Assembly: GCA_964187785.1 (NCBI GenBank)
Contig: OZ076409.1
Coordinates: 66,094,001-66,158,000 of the forward strand
Direction: 5' to 3'
From: Amphiscolops sp. MND2022
Taxonomy: Eukaryota
Length of the DNA: 64,000 bases
The notes under the pieces were generated by a model. That model searched no databases. It was not told the origin of the DNA and saw only the letters and a program-made list of their open reading frames with translations. The position numbers and the translations under genes were made by a program. Below are positions 38,201-48,701 of the stretch, one piece after another; positions within the stretch are counted from its first letter, which is position 1, and each line of letters starts with the position of its first letter.

Positions 38201-39501
38201 CTTTTGATAGCGCCACTTGTATCGCTGCCATGATCTGATAAAAACCCAGATTGGGATTCTCCGCCGCTGACTCGATCTACAGACTTTCTTGGCTTGGTGT
38301 TGACACCTGAGTTCAGATGAGGGGTCCCGAGGTTAAGCCTACCAGCTTGCTGGATTAGGTTCTCCATGACTTTGAGTGACGATTTGACGGCTTCGTCTGC
38401 GACAACCTTCAGGACATGACAAACCTGTCCTTCATTTAAGTCTAACGTTGAGTGCCCAGCTGGCAATTCTACTGGAGTAGCGGCTTCAAAATATTCCTTT
38501 ATTAGCGCACGACTACTGGCACTCAATTGAGGATCTCGTGGTACCGCTTCAGGGAAATCTACCGAAGTATTGCTAGCTGTATCGCATACACTGAATACGT
38601 TTGCACTAGTTGGGGCAAACAATGCATCAGCAACGGTAGATCCAACGAGTCCTTCCGAATCCTGTCCAACGTCACTACAGATTCGGGCAGGCGACTTTGG
38701 TCTGCGTTTGTCCCCGGAATGAGGAGCCCGAAAATCATCTGAAAACTCATTTTCACTCTCAGTCAGGGTTGGACGTTCCATCTGATCTGCGGCAACAGAC
38801 AAAACTCGTGATTCATTCCCCAGCTTGATGCTAAGTTTTAGAGCCTTCGCCTCAGGGGGCCCGTATCCGGATTCTAGATTGCTTTTAAAGGGCAACTTTG
38901 GGGCATCGAGGAAGGCAACTTCGGACACGGAATCGGTCTCCATCTCCTCCTGCCTTGCGACATCTTGACCGGGAGCAAGCTCAATCGCAACGCTTTCGCT
39001 AAACTTGTCAGCAGTGCCGCCACCTTGACTAGAAGTTCCCACTTCTGCAGAACAGCCCAACTGTGCCCACTTCCTGACAATATATTCTCCGCAACTCTCA
39101 TCAGTACTGCTACTTTCAACAAGGAAGCTCCCTGCGGTGAGGACGGGAGTGGTGTTGTCTCCAGACACAACGTTGGTCGGTCCACTAGAGTCTAGTTGCA
39201 TTTGACTGGAGTGTGGGTTTTCCACGAGCAAATCCTCTTGCGTGGCCTCAGACTCTGGATTAGTGGGGCTGGCAGCGACAAACTCTTCTGGGTTAGCAGA
39301 GTTGGGGCTTTCAAGATCTAAATTGCAAGCCGGGGCATCTCCAGTAAGTGGTCTCTCAGAGTTCGATGCTGCAGTCACAAACGAATCATTACTATCCATC
39401 CTTTCCTCATCAATACTGCGTCGGGGAGGTTGGTCATTTGACTCATTGCCTAAACGGAATGAAATAAATAAACGCGGTTCACTTCCTGAATATGAATCCA
39501 T
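35227..39501 (-). CDS. Antisense five-exon gene (~1322 aa): acidic N-terminus, BED-like zinc finger, degenerate hAT-transposase fold
   Basis: Exons 39501-37366, 37270-36785, 36716-36582, 36509-36428, 36356-35227 join through four GT-AG introns (95, 68, 72, 71 nt; phases 0,0,0,1) into one uninterrupted 3969-nt frame. Zinc finger FYCQICKGNISIYGRGAREILRHHATERH. Confidence 0.85.
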
Positions 39502-40284
39502 CTTGCCGCTTTAAAACAAACTCTTCCGGAAGTTCACTTGATACAATGTTCATGCTGACAGCAAACATTTCACGATGGAGGAAGTAACTTAGTTGAAATT
39601 ATGAGCTCTGATCAAGCCAGATTTTAACACCATTTAAAGAACCAACCTGTTGTTGAATCCATAGTTGATTAGCAGAATTGATGTGACCCGCGAATTGCGT
39701 ACTGTTGTTCATCGGGTAAACTGATTCGATGACTGTGTCTCAAGTACTCTCCTGAATGATGATTGAGCCGGTTACTGTTGAGATAACCCAAGCGGACTGC
39801 GAGACTGTCAGTTGAGGAAGAAAACAGATCTTCAGAACACCCAGTAAGGTAGCGAAACGCAGAGCAACACTAAGAATTTGAATTAAGACAATTAGCTAAT
39901 CAGGTTGCTTTCCTGCCGGGGATTTGGTGAACTGCGAGAAAGATGTATTTGTCAAAATGTAACCCGAGGTCAGAGAGACAATCCTGATCACTAGGTAATA
40001 CAGTTTAGCTCAAGTGATACTTCACGAGGAAACAAATGACGTAGGAGTAAGGTTCAAATACAGCAACACAAGGTAGTGGACTCAACGTCAACCTGACGGC
40101 AAAGTATTACTAGTTCACAATCAAGTGTTATTTAACCATTGCGTGCAAATTAGACTATGAGTCATTCAGACGGCATGACGTTTATTGTTACCGGATGTAC
40201 TTCTTTCTCACTTACACTACTCTATGAACACTCCGTTGACTAATTACTAGTTCTTACCATCAACTTAGAGTCTAAAATTCCTCA

Positions 40285-40402
40285 ATATTACTATTAATAT
40301 TATTATCATTATCATTGTTATCATTATCATTATTTTTATTATTATTACTATAAAAATAGTTATTATTACTGTTACGATTACAATTATGTCAATAATTATT
40401 AT
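40285..40402. repeat. AT-rich (ATT/ATC/ACT)n low-complexity tract between the divergent accessory genes
   Basis: Imperfect trinucleotide run attattatcattatcattg... Confidence 0.7.
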
Positions 40403-40870
40403 TTGGATGTCGTGGCTACATGTAAGACTCTCTTTAATGCTACCATCTCCTACTTGTTGCTTTAATCAAGCTCTCTTATTACAAGTACATGGTATGGAAC
40501 CTGCCAGTGAAATATTCATGAACTTCACAATTCGTTGTTTTATTCCTTTTCATCACTTTCCCCTAAAAACACATCAAATTGCTTATCTCATTCTCCATTC
40601 ATGTAATTATTTGACAAATTTTGCCAGCTATTTTAGCATCACCTGATTGGCTATGCTATCATCTTTACTGCCGTCGAAGGGACCGACGGTCTTTCAAGTT
40701 ATTTGTTGAATGAGAATTATCGGAGACAACACTTAAATTGTCAAGTGACGCCTTTGAAGAATGAAATAAAACAACTTGAAGAGGCTATTAACAAGCTTCA
40801 CAGATTAATTGCTTGAAAATTATTTGAGACTCTGCTCTTAATCGAAACCTAAAAAGGAAAACTTGAAACT

Positions 40871-41866
40871 ATGATTCGGGGAAAAACCCCACTACCAACT
40901 CCCGCCAAAATTGGGGTTGGACCTAAGGTCAGACGGACGGCAAAAGTTTACTTCTCATCCTACCGTTCTGAAAATCAGTCGCCTAGAATTCAAGCTAGCA
41001 AAATTGCGAAAAGGATATTCCTCAATCGATACAACGCTGAGATGGCTCTACAATTCAACTGCGAATTACTTCCCAGATCGCTAGTGGATCCAAGCTACCA
41101 GTCGTCAGATGAAGATATGGACGTCGACTCCATAATTTCCGCTGACGATATTCTAGATGCTAACGGCGAGGACGACGATATACAAGTTTTGGCTTGCTAC
41201 CGATACAATACTGAATTCCCTCCACAATTAGCGGCAGGAAGGGCCATGACAACCGAGCTAACTGAATGTCTCAACGATCTTAACTTGCCCATCAGTGAAC
41301 CCACTGAATCAGTGAGTACGTTTACAGAACCCTCAAATTCATTGATTGATTGGTTCGTTGGGAATCCACCCCTCACATATTATGGGCAATCTGCTAGTGA
41401 CTACCCTATTGCTCAATGTAGCAGATTGGAACCGGTCCCTAAATCTCCGCAGTCTCCGCCACTGTTTGACCAAAGGCCAACTTACGACAGCCTGCAAGGG
41501 GCAGAAATGCCATTTGGATCAAGCTGGTCCGATAACCCACACATAACTGGTTTAGGCATCAGCACTAGCGGGAACTGCGGACAACCAAACGAAGTTTATT
41601 ACACAGGCTGTGTTGTCTGTGGGAAAGACTACCCGGCAATTAAAGAAGAGATCACCCTTGGCTATTTAGAGAAGACACACTTCCCGGGCGAACCATACGA
41701 GTCAAGACTAGCCAAGCGCAATGCCTTCGAAGCAGGAATGAAGGCTGGGTCCTTCATTCTCGTACCCAGGGGAGTGTCGCAGGCTGCCGCCTGCGATGGC
41801 CTGACATACCAGATCACTCCAGAAGGTGATATGACAGCGCCTCTACCCGGAGTACTACCCATATAG
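40871..41866 (+). CDS. Sense accessory ORF of unknown function (331 aa; alternative start 41042), ends inside the 3' LTR
   Basis: Open frame with an acidic segment and a CVVC motif; no signal peptide or transmembrane segment, so not env-like; last 92 nt lie in the LTR. Confidence 0.7.
   Translation: MIRGKTPLPTPAKIGVGPKVRRTAKVYFSSYRSENQSPRIQASKIAKRIFLNRYNAEMALQFNCELLPRSLVDPSYQSSDEDMDVDSIISADDILDANGEDDDIQVLACYRYNTEFPPQLAAGRAMTTELTECLNDLNLPISEPTESVSTFTEPSNSLIDWFVGNPPLTYYGQSASDYPIAQCSRLEPVPKSPQSPPLFDQRPTYDSLQGAEMPFGSSWSDNPHITGLGISTSGNCGQPNEVYYTGCVVCGKDYPAIKEEITLGYLEKTHFPGEPYESRLAKRNAFEAGMKAGSFILVPRGVSQAAACDGLTYQITPEGDMTAPLPGVLPI
41768..41774 (+). other. Short polypurine tract
   Basis: AGGGGAG directly before the 3' LTR. 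Confidence 0.6.
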
Positions 41867-43254
41867 AAGAGACTTAAAACACTCAGAAACAATTTCACTT
41901 AGTTATATATTTTAATATTTTACTGATATGATAAATAATCTGGTCATTGTGAGCAGTTTAACTACAATTGTTGACCTAAGGTCAACTTGACGGCATGTGC
42001 TTACTTGTGAATATAGTATTATTATTTAACAATACATTATGTTATTTATGTTATAATCCACCAGTTGTGAACTAGTAATCTAACGTGTAGCTAATTGTTT
42101 GCTGTTAGTGAAGTATAAATAATTCTGAGCAAGTGCTAATGTAAACTGCCAATGAAGTAGGAAACGCGTTCAACTGGTACAGCGCTGCCGTCAAGTTGAC
42201 GCGTTGTTCGAATTGGCGTTAGCCAATCAAATTGCAGTTACTAATATTTTACTGCCGCCGCTTGGACCATTGGTCCATTTAGCTCAATATCGTTCTGATT
42301 GCATGAAATGTTATTGTTGTCATGTAAACTTTATACTTTGTTCATTGTTGTTACTATTTATAGAACCTATGACGTGTGGTCACATGTAATCTCAGTTGCT
42401 ATATTTAGAATTATGATGTAATAGTGATGTCATTACTATTTTTACCCTATGACACCCTAAATATTGAGTGTCATGCGGGTAGGAGTATATATACGAAAGC
42501 TCAGTTGCATTTAAATCAATCAATCAATATACCACAACCTCAATACGAACAATTCCGTTACAGTCCTTCAATTTGACAATCTATTATTGAACTAGATTTC
42601 CTTTTGATATGCCTTCAACTAGAAAGCAAAAAGCGAAAGAGAAACGCTCGAGACAATCTGACGTAATGTCGGATATTGAAAACTTAGATGTGATGCTAGG
42701 GAATTATGCAAACAGTGATATTAGAGACCGAGATATTGTAGATCAAATAGAATTTGACCCTGAGTCAAGTAGACGGCAACCAGGTTTTGGTCAAGAAGAA
42801 AGTAACTATAGGTCTCATTTGAACACTAACTTGAGTGAGAATAGTGAAATCACTGTAGAAACTAGTAGAGCAATTAGTTCAGAAATTTCCTCACAAATGT
42901 CGAGAAAATTGAAAGAGATGAAGTCTGATTTAAATTCTCATATTTTGGAAGTAATAAACTCAGCCATTGATGAAAAGATACTTCCTAGTATTGAAAATGT
43001 AATTGCAAACAAAAGGGAGACAAAAAATGCAAAATGGGACCTTCGGTCAGATGGACGGCATCCAGATAGGAATATCCAAATGACTCAGAATTCGGACCTT
43101 GAGTCACATGGACGGCATAAAAGTAAATTTTGCCAGCAGGTCCAGGACTCAGGCGAGAACTTCCCTAAACTAATCGCAACTTCTAGTAACCAGAATAATC
43201 ACTGTAGGGAAAATCCATTGGATTTCGATCAAAGTGATGATGAAGGTTACGACA
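41775..43254 (+). repeat. 3' LTR (1480 bp), containing a duplicate of the first ~215 gag codons (ORF 42609-43259)
   Basis: Direct repeat of 27194-28670. Confidence 0.97.
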
Positions 43255-43467
43255 TCTGATCTAATATAAATAATAAACAGATGACATAAGGAAAACAACC
43301 GTTTCTCATTGTAAAAAACTTTGAATAAATGAGAGTAAAAAACTTCTCATTTGAAACGGTTATATGAATCAAAGTCAAATCCAGCTGGAAGTTTTTTCCA
43401 TCAGAATGTAAAATTACTTAATATGGATGAAAAAGAATTCATTGAGTATTCAGACCTTTGTTCGCAG

Positions 43468-43731
43468 GTCATCATAAACCCTATGTTTACTTGCTGTCCG
43501 ATAAGCTGTCATTTCTCACTTTGATTGACGAAGATGAAAGTTGCTATGACTTGTACGTGTCAGATTCCCAACATGTGTCTTATTCTTTGAGTCTGAAATG
43601 TCTGTATGAACAAAGAACTCCCGTGGGAAGATTCGGCGTGGAAAAGTTGGGAGACCTGGAGAATGCTTATGTTGTGAACAAAATAGAGGAACCTGGAAAG
43701 CCTCCAAGAATGATGGTGACTCTTAACAATG
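43468..43731 (+). CDS. VPS10/sortilin-family gene, exon 6
   Basis: CGCAG|..YDLYVSDSQHVSYSLSL..YVVNK..MVTLNN G|GTTGGT; matches the VPS10 LYxSDxxxxxF/YSLSL signature; phase 1/1. Confidence 0.9.
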
Positions 43732-44003
43732 GTTGGTAGTACTGTACTTCATCATTTAAGCATGCAAAATTCATCTTTACATTGTTGCAATTTGTATCCT
43801 GGAAACTGTCGTCCTTGCGTTTTGCAAGAGTTGCAACCATGATGTTTCTGTAAATGAACGAAGAATATTTTTTATCATCACCCCAATGGTATTTAAATAT
43901 TGCTTCATTTAGGATGTCTAACTTTTGAATTTATTTCGGACACCAACTCTAATCCGATCCGAATTGTAGTGATGGATGTGTTAAAAAACTTTTTTTCTTT
44001 CAG

Positions 44004-44139
44004 GTGGGCATTGGAAACGAGCAGATGTGTCGAACACGACGTGTGTGAATTGTTTTCTCAACATCGACCGAGAGATGGAAGGCAGTTACGGCTTCGATTA
44101 CGTCAAAGAACCCGACGAACCCCTGGCTGAAGATATCAG
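44004..44139 (+). CDS. VPS10/sortilin-family gene, exon 7
   Basis: TTTCAG|GGHWKRADVSNTTCVNCFLNI...EDI AG|GCGAGA; completes Asp-box TLNNGGHW; GC donor; phase 1/2. Confidence 0.83.
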
Positions 44140-44284
44140 GCGAGATAACTTCAAAAATACTTACGAGAAGACTAGTGTTCACTGTTGAGTCAAAATGGAT
44201 CCTTTACTTTCAATGAAATTGATTATCAGACTCTGTTGACTTTTTGATTTTTTTGAATTATATTCTACTGGAATCAAGAAAAGA

Positions 44285-45200
44285 ACAAACCGGGACCGGC
44301 CCAAGTCGGCGCCATATCTAAAGCTTAGGGGTGTGCGGTTAAGGAAAAATTTAAACTCGGTCAATGATCACTCAATGACAGCTTATTAATTGAAAAGTCG
44401 GTGAAAATCAATGAATTCAGAACAGGTTAAAGAATCATTATTTTAAAAGATTTTATTTGAGAAAAATCAACATTTTGAAGTCTGCTGTTGAAATACTTTG
44501 CCTCCCACTGGAAATGATGTTACCTCCGTCACTCCATACTCTTTCACTTGGTACGGCTGTTCCGGGTATAGATAAAACTCGAGAGCCAAATTTGCGAGTG
44601 CCGGAAAATGGACCTGATTTTTTACACAGCTTCCTAAAAACAGCCAATGAGAATTGAGATTGATTCATTGACTGAAATTTTTCAGCGCTGATAAAACCAA
44701 TGAATTAATGAATTCATTGGTTTTCAATGAAATGTCAATTAATCGCACACCCCTACTACAGCTCAAAAAAGCAAAAGGACTTCAAAATGTCAAAGTATTG
44801 GTGATTTGGGGACCCTTTTATGGAAAAAAATTGAAAAAAGTCTCACAATGCCAAAAAAACTGAAAGGGAGGATCCTTTGGGATTTTTCAACATCCATTCT
44901 GTCGCAAAACTCAAAAAAAATTGAAGGGGGACCCTTTGGTGGAAAAAACTTTTCGAAAAAAGTAGCGCAATGCCGGAAAAATTGGAAGGGGGACCCTTTA
45001 GTCTCGCCCGGTAATGTATGTTACGCGGAAAAAAGTAAAAACCTTTTAGTTCAATTCCCTGGGCCAACAGGTGCAATTTAAAATTTTGTACATTTTTTGG
45101 TAGAACTATTTTGGTCACTTCATGTGTATCGAAGAAAAAACACTGACGAAAAGCCATGACTATAGTCGGCTCTTTTCAAGAAAAGCGCCGACTAAAAAAT
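44285..45200. repeat. Copy of the dominant dispersed repeat, interrupted by a hAT element
   Basis: CCAAGTCGGCGCCATATCTAAAGCT|insert|..CAAAAAAGCAAAAGGACTTC ... AAGCGCCGACTAAAAA. Confidence 0.8.
44326..44755 (-). mobile_element. 430-bp non-autonomous hAT element
   Basis: TIRs TAGGGGTGTGCG..CGCACACCCCTA, 8-bp target duplication CTAAAGCT/CTACAGCT, internal hAT dimerisation remnant LSIPGTAVPSERVWS. Confidence 0.9.
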
Positions 45201-45259
45201 GTCGATATGGTTCAATTTTGTAACGATAAAAAAGTTCAACTTCTAATTATTCTGATTAG

Positions 45260-45421
45260 GTCCAGCTCATTCTACCACGTGGGGGCCATGCTTTCCAGCG
45301 AATTCGTGCCTGGATTTGCTCTCTCCTACATCCAGTCGTCTGACCACCTGGGCCCTGGATTCCCCTTCGCCACTGTGGACGGAGGCAACTCTTTCTTTCC
45401 CATTCCAAATATGGACTCATA
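45260..45421 (+). CDS. VPS10/sortilin-family gene, exon 8
   Basis: ATTAG|..MLSSEFVPGFALS..FATVDGGNSFFP..DS TA|GTTAGA; Asp-box TVDGGNSF; phase 2/2. Confidence 0.85.
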
Positions 45422-46043
45422 GTTAGATGATGTTCACCTTATTTATTATTGGGATTAATGATGCACTGGAAAAAAGTTGTTCTTTGGCATTCTGGTACGG
45501 TGGTAAAGCTTCAAAAATTTATTTGAAGTTACCGATTTCTAAACATGTTGAACTCGAAAAGTGTTTTAATTCCTGTACATCCTTTTTCGTCGTTTTCGTT
45601 TTTTGTTCCTCCTTTTCTTGTGAACAATCTGTTTAGCTCATGTTGTATCGCCTCGTATTATTGTATTTGATTCAGAGCAGCGAAAAGTGCTGTAGATTAG
45701 AAAAAAACCATGAAAAATATCAAAATGAAATCATTACTTATACACCGTGGTTAAAAAAAGTTGCTTCTTTGCGAGAATGTTTCAAGGATTTCTAAGGTAG
45801 GGTCGATGCATACTCGTTGAAAATATAGAGAGAGTTTCACAGAACACTTGCTTAAAAAATGTTCTTTGCAAAGATCTTGACAGAATTTTGCAACAAGTCT
45901 ATTCACTTGCCAAACCTTAGAAAGAAAGTTTTACCTGAAAGATCCTCCAAGCAACTATTTTTGAATATACACGTATATTCGGTTGAACAACCCATTCTGG
46001 TTTTTCATTTGGAATAAAGATTCTGATTTTCTGTCATTTGCAG

Positions 46044-46263
46044 CAGGTTCGCATTTATGGCATCAGGAGACATTCTAGTTGACTACAGCACAGATACAGC
46101 GCCTGCTCTCAGCTTTGACAGGGGACACTGCTGGTACAACTACAGTCTGGGTTCGTTCCCCAACAACCACCGAATTATTCTGACAGTGGATCCACGGAAC
46201 AAAGTCTCCGACTTGGCCGAACTTCTTGTCTTCACTCCTGTTGAGAATTCGTTCCTGAGTATG
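46044..46263 (+). CDS. VPS10/sortilin-family gene, exon 9
   Basis: TTGCAG|(Y)RFAFMASGDILV..LSFDRGHCWYNY..; Asp-box SFDRGHCW; donor GTTCGT after 46263 or GTCAGT after 46275 (both phase 0). Confidence 0.85.
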
Positions 46264-46379
46264 GTTCGTCCCTCGGTCAGTATAAGTCGTCCTACAAAAT
46301 GTATTTTAATTTTTTTGCTTCTTGCCAGTGCAACGCTCAAAATTCCAAAAGCCCATGCGTCTTTGTTCATTATGCCCGG

Positions 46380-47040
46380 GTACGGAAAATTCAACATAAG
46401 AAAACTCAACACAGAAAACTCAACACTTTTAATTAATTTCAGTTAACACCTCAATTGAGTTTAATTTCCGGATTAAACAATTTCTTAAATGCCGTTAAGG
46501 GTTGTATAAGAAACTTTAGGTCATACTTGAGTTATCGCAAATTCTGCATTTTTCGGATCAGCAGTTTCGATCTAATAGTTTTTCATAATAGCATGAAATG
46601 ATAATTACACTTTTTGACACAAATTCTATGAGAATTGAAAACAAAATTGAAACTGAAGGTTGGGTGAAAATAACCATCTTTTGAACGGTTTTTCGTCAAC
46701 TGAATTGTCGGACTAGATAACTTCAAAATTGAAAAAGTCAAAGAGAATGAGGGAAAAACATCAGAATGTGCATCTCATTTTCATAACTTTGGCAAATACA
46801 GGATTTTGGCAAACTTCATGCCGAGTTTTGGAACGCTAACAAAACGTAAATTCGATGCTAAATCTAGTGGAAGGTATATTGGGGTGCGAAATACTCAACA
46901 CAAGAAAAAATTTTAAAATAGAATCTAGTCTAAAATGTGTTGAGTTTTCTGTGTTGAGTTTTCGTGTGTTATTTTCTGCGTTGAGTGTTCTTGTGTTGAG
47001 TTTTTTTGTTGAGTTTTCTTGTGTTGAGTTTTCTGGTAAT
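46380..47040. mobile_element. MITE with subterminal AAAACTCAACAC repeats
   Basis: GAAAACTCAACA units on the left mirrored by TGTTGAGTTTTC units on the right. Confidence 0.65.
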
Positions 47041-47052
47041 CATTATGGCTGA

Positions 47053-47797
47053 AACAAACAAGACGTTAACGTCTAAAGTCGGGGCTATTTCTCAGAAATA
47101 GCCCAGATTTTAAAGTATGCCCAGAGGACGTTTTCATGAAAAACTCAGAAAACAATTTGAAACATCAAAGAGTGCCTTTAGTGCTCGGAAAACGTTTCTG
47201 AAGTTCGGGTATAGCGCACTGGGACAAATGCGGTCGTTTTTTGATCCCATCCCTCCTTCCCAGTGAAGAGCAAATTACCTCGGATATAACGTCAAAAGCG
47301 TGCTGGGACAAACGGGAGCGCTTGTTTTTGAACCTCCGCCTCCTCCATAGTGAAACGCAATAAAGTTCGGGTATAACGTCGAAAATTCGGATCGTGTTGA
47401 AAAAAGTTTTTGGTGGATATCTATTGAGAAAATTTAATATCAGACAAAAAATGGGAATTTTGACCAGTCGCATAGTGCCGAAAAAACTAAAGGGGTCCTT
47501 TTGTAATTTTTTAACATCCATTCTGTTGCAAAATATCAAAACAGTAACCAGGGACCCTTTGGAGGCAATAAAAAATTTCGGAAAAAATATCACAAAGCCG
47601 GATGAAGAGGGGAAGTCTGAGTGTGCCAAAAAAATTGAAAGGTGACCCTTCTGATTTGGAATGGTTTCGTATTTTTTGTTAGAGGCTTTGGATGCGTTCA
47701 AAATTAAGTACTGAGTACTTTTGGTAAAAGCGCAGAGTTTGCACATCAGAGTGAGGCTGACAAAAAAAACTGCAGGGAAAATGCGCCGACTAAAAAC
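47053..47797. repeat. Diverged copy of the dominant dispersed repeat
   Basis: Internal GGGACCCTTT/AACATCCATTCTGT blocks and GCGCCGACTAAAA end. Confidence 0.6.
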
Positions 47798-48701
47798 AAG
47801 CGGTCATTCAGCAGACACAAAATTTCCTCGTATACTCAATATGCATTTTCCACTTTTGGGAGTCAGAAAAAACTTTCGAATACTTATGCACTTGTACCTT
47901 TTTCTCCCGACAACCTTTCAATGGAAAATTCAAATTACTCAAAAACCGGTCGTACGATTTTTATAGCTTTTAGCACAGTCATTCTACACCCAAAGGCGCT
48001 TCAAAATCGTGTGACGTGGGATAGCGGAAATTCGTCCCAAAAAAACAAGCCCATTTTGGACTTCTTTCGATTTTCTCAAGAACAATCCTTACGATTCAAA
48101 TGAAATTTTGTACAACTTTTCCACATTATATTAGCGTCCTATTTGTGCCATGACGTCAAAATTTTATGACTGTGAGCTGAGAAACATAGCCAAAATAAGT
48201 CCGAAAATGTCCAAATGACAAAGTACAAAAATTGATTATTATTTTCTTCCATTTCCGACTCTTTTACTGCACAAGCGACTTCGGTTAGTTATATTATCAT
48301 ATATTTGTATCCAGTGGTGTCCACATTTACGTGTACTTTGAATATCCATTCAAAGGGTCCTGTAACATTCTTTATATAAAAGAAAGTCATTAAAATGAAA
48401 TTTTTTACAGGAATGCTTTAAAGAACAGACCTGATAAAAGTATTGGCTGAGTCCATCGTAGAGAATGGATGCTTTGTCAATTTTACCATCACCCGCAAAC
48501 GCTGAACGCGCCTTTTCGAAAGCTGGTTATATGTCCACAAATTGGCGAAAAATTCTTTCTATATATGTGGATTCAAATTACGTTTAATTGCCACCTAACT
48601 TTGAGAATAATTATTGAATATCCTTTTCTCATTAGTTTGGCTATGAAAATACTTTAAAGGGTTCCTAATTTGACTCGACTATACTTTTTACTTTGTTTAA
48701 T

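Larger units (their letters stand above)
27392..43117. promoter_or_regulatory. Dispersed 23-bp motif GAC-N5-GTC-N5-GACGGCA (candidate protein-binding sites)
   Basis: Exact copies start at 27392, 27605(-), 28175, 28457, 28514, 30302, 34664, 34742, 36550, 40079, 40153, 40669(-), 40920, 41973, 42756, 43038, 43095; single-mismatch copies at 27672(-), 29983, 34586, 42186(-), 42253(-). The motif itself is directly visible; the regulatory role is inferred. Confidence 0.8.
27194..43254 (+). mobile_element. Giant (16.06 kb) Gypsy-type LTR retrotransposon with accessory genes
   Basis: LTRs 27194-28670 and 41775-43254 with TGTCG..CGACA termini; 5-bp target duplication TCCGA/TCTGA; PBS and PPT; gag, PR-RT-RH-IN order; inserted in host intron 5. 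Confidence 0.97.

Noticed and set aside
40871..41866. env gene
   Set aside because: No signal peptide, furin/fusion peptide or transmembrane anchor.
42609..43259. 216-aa ORF as an independent gene
   Set aside because: It is the LTR-borne duplicate of the gag 5' end and stops just outside the LTR.
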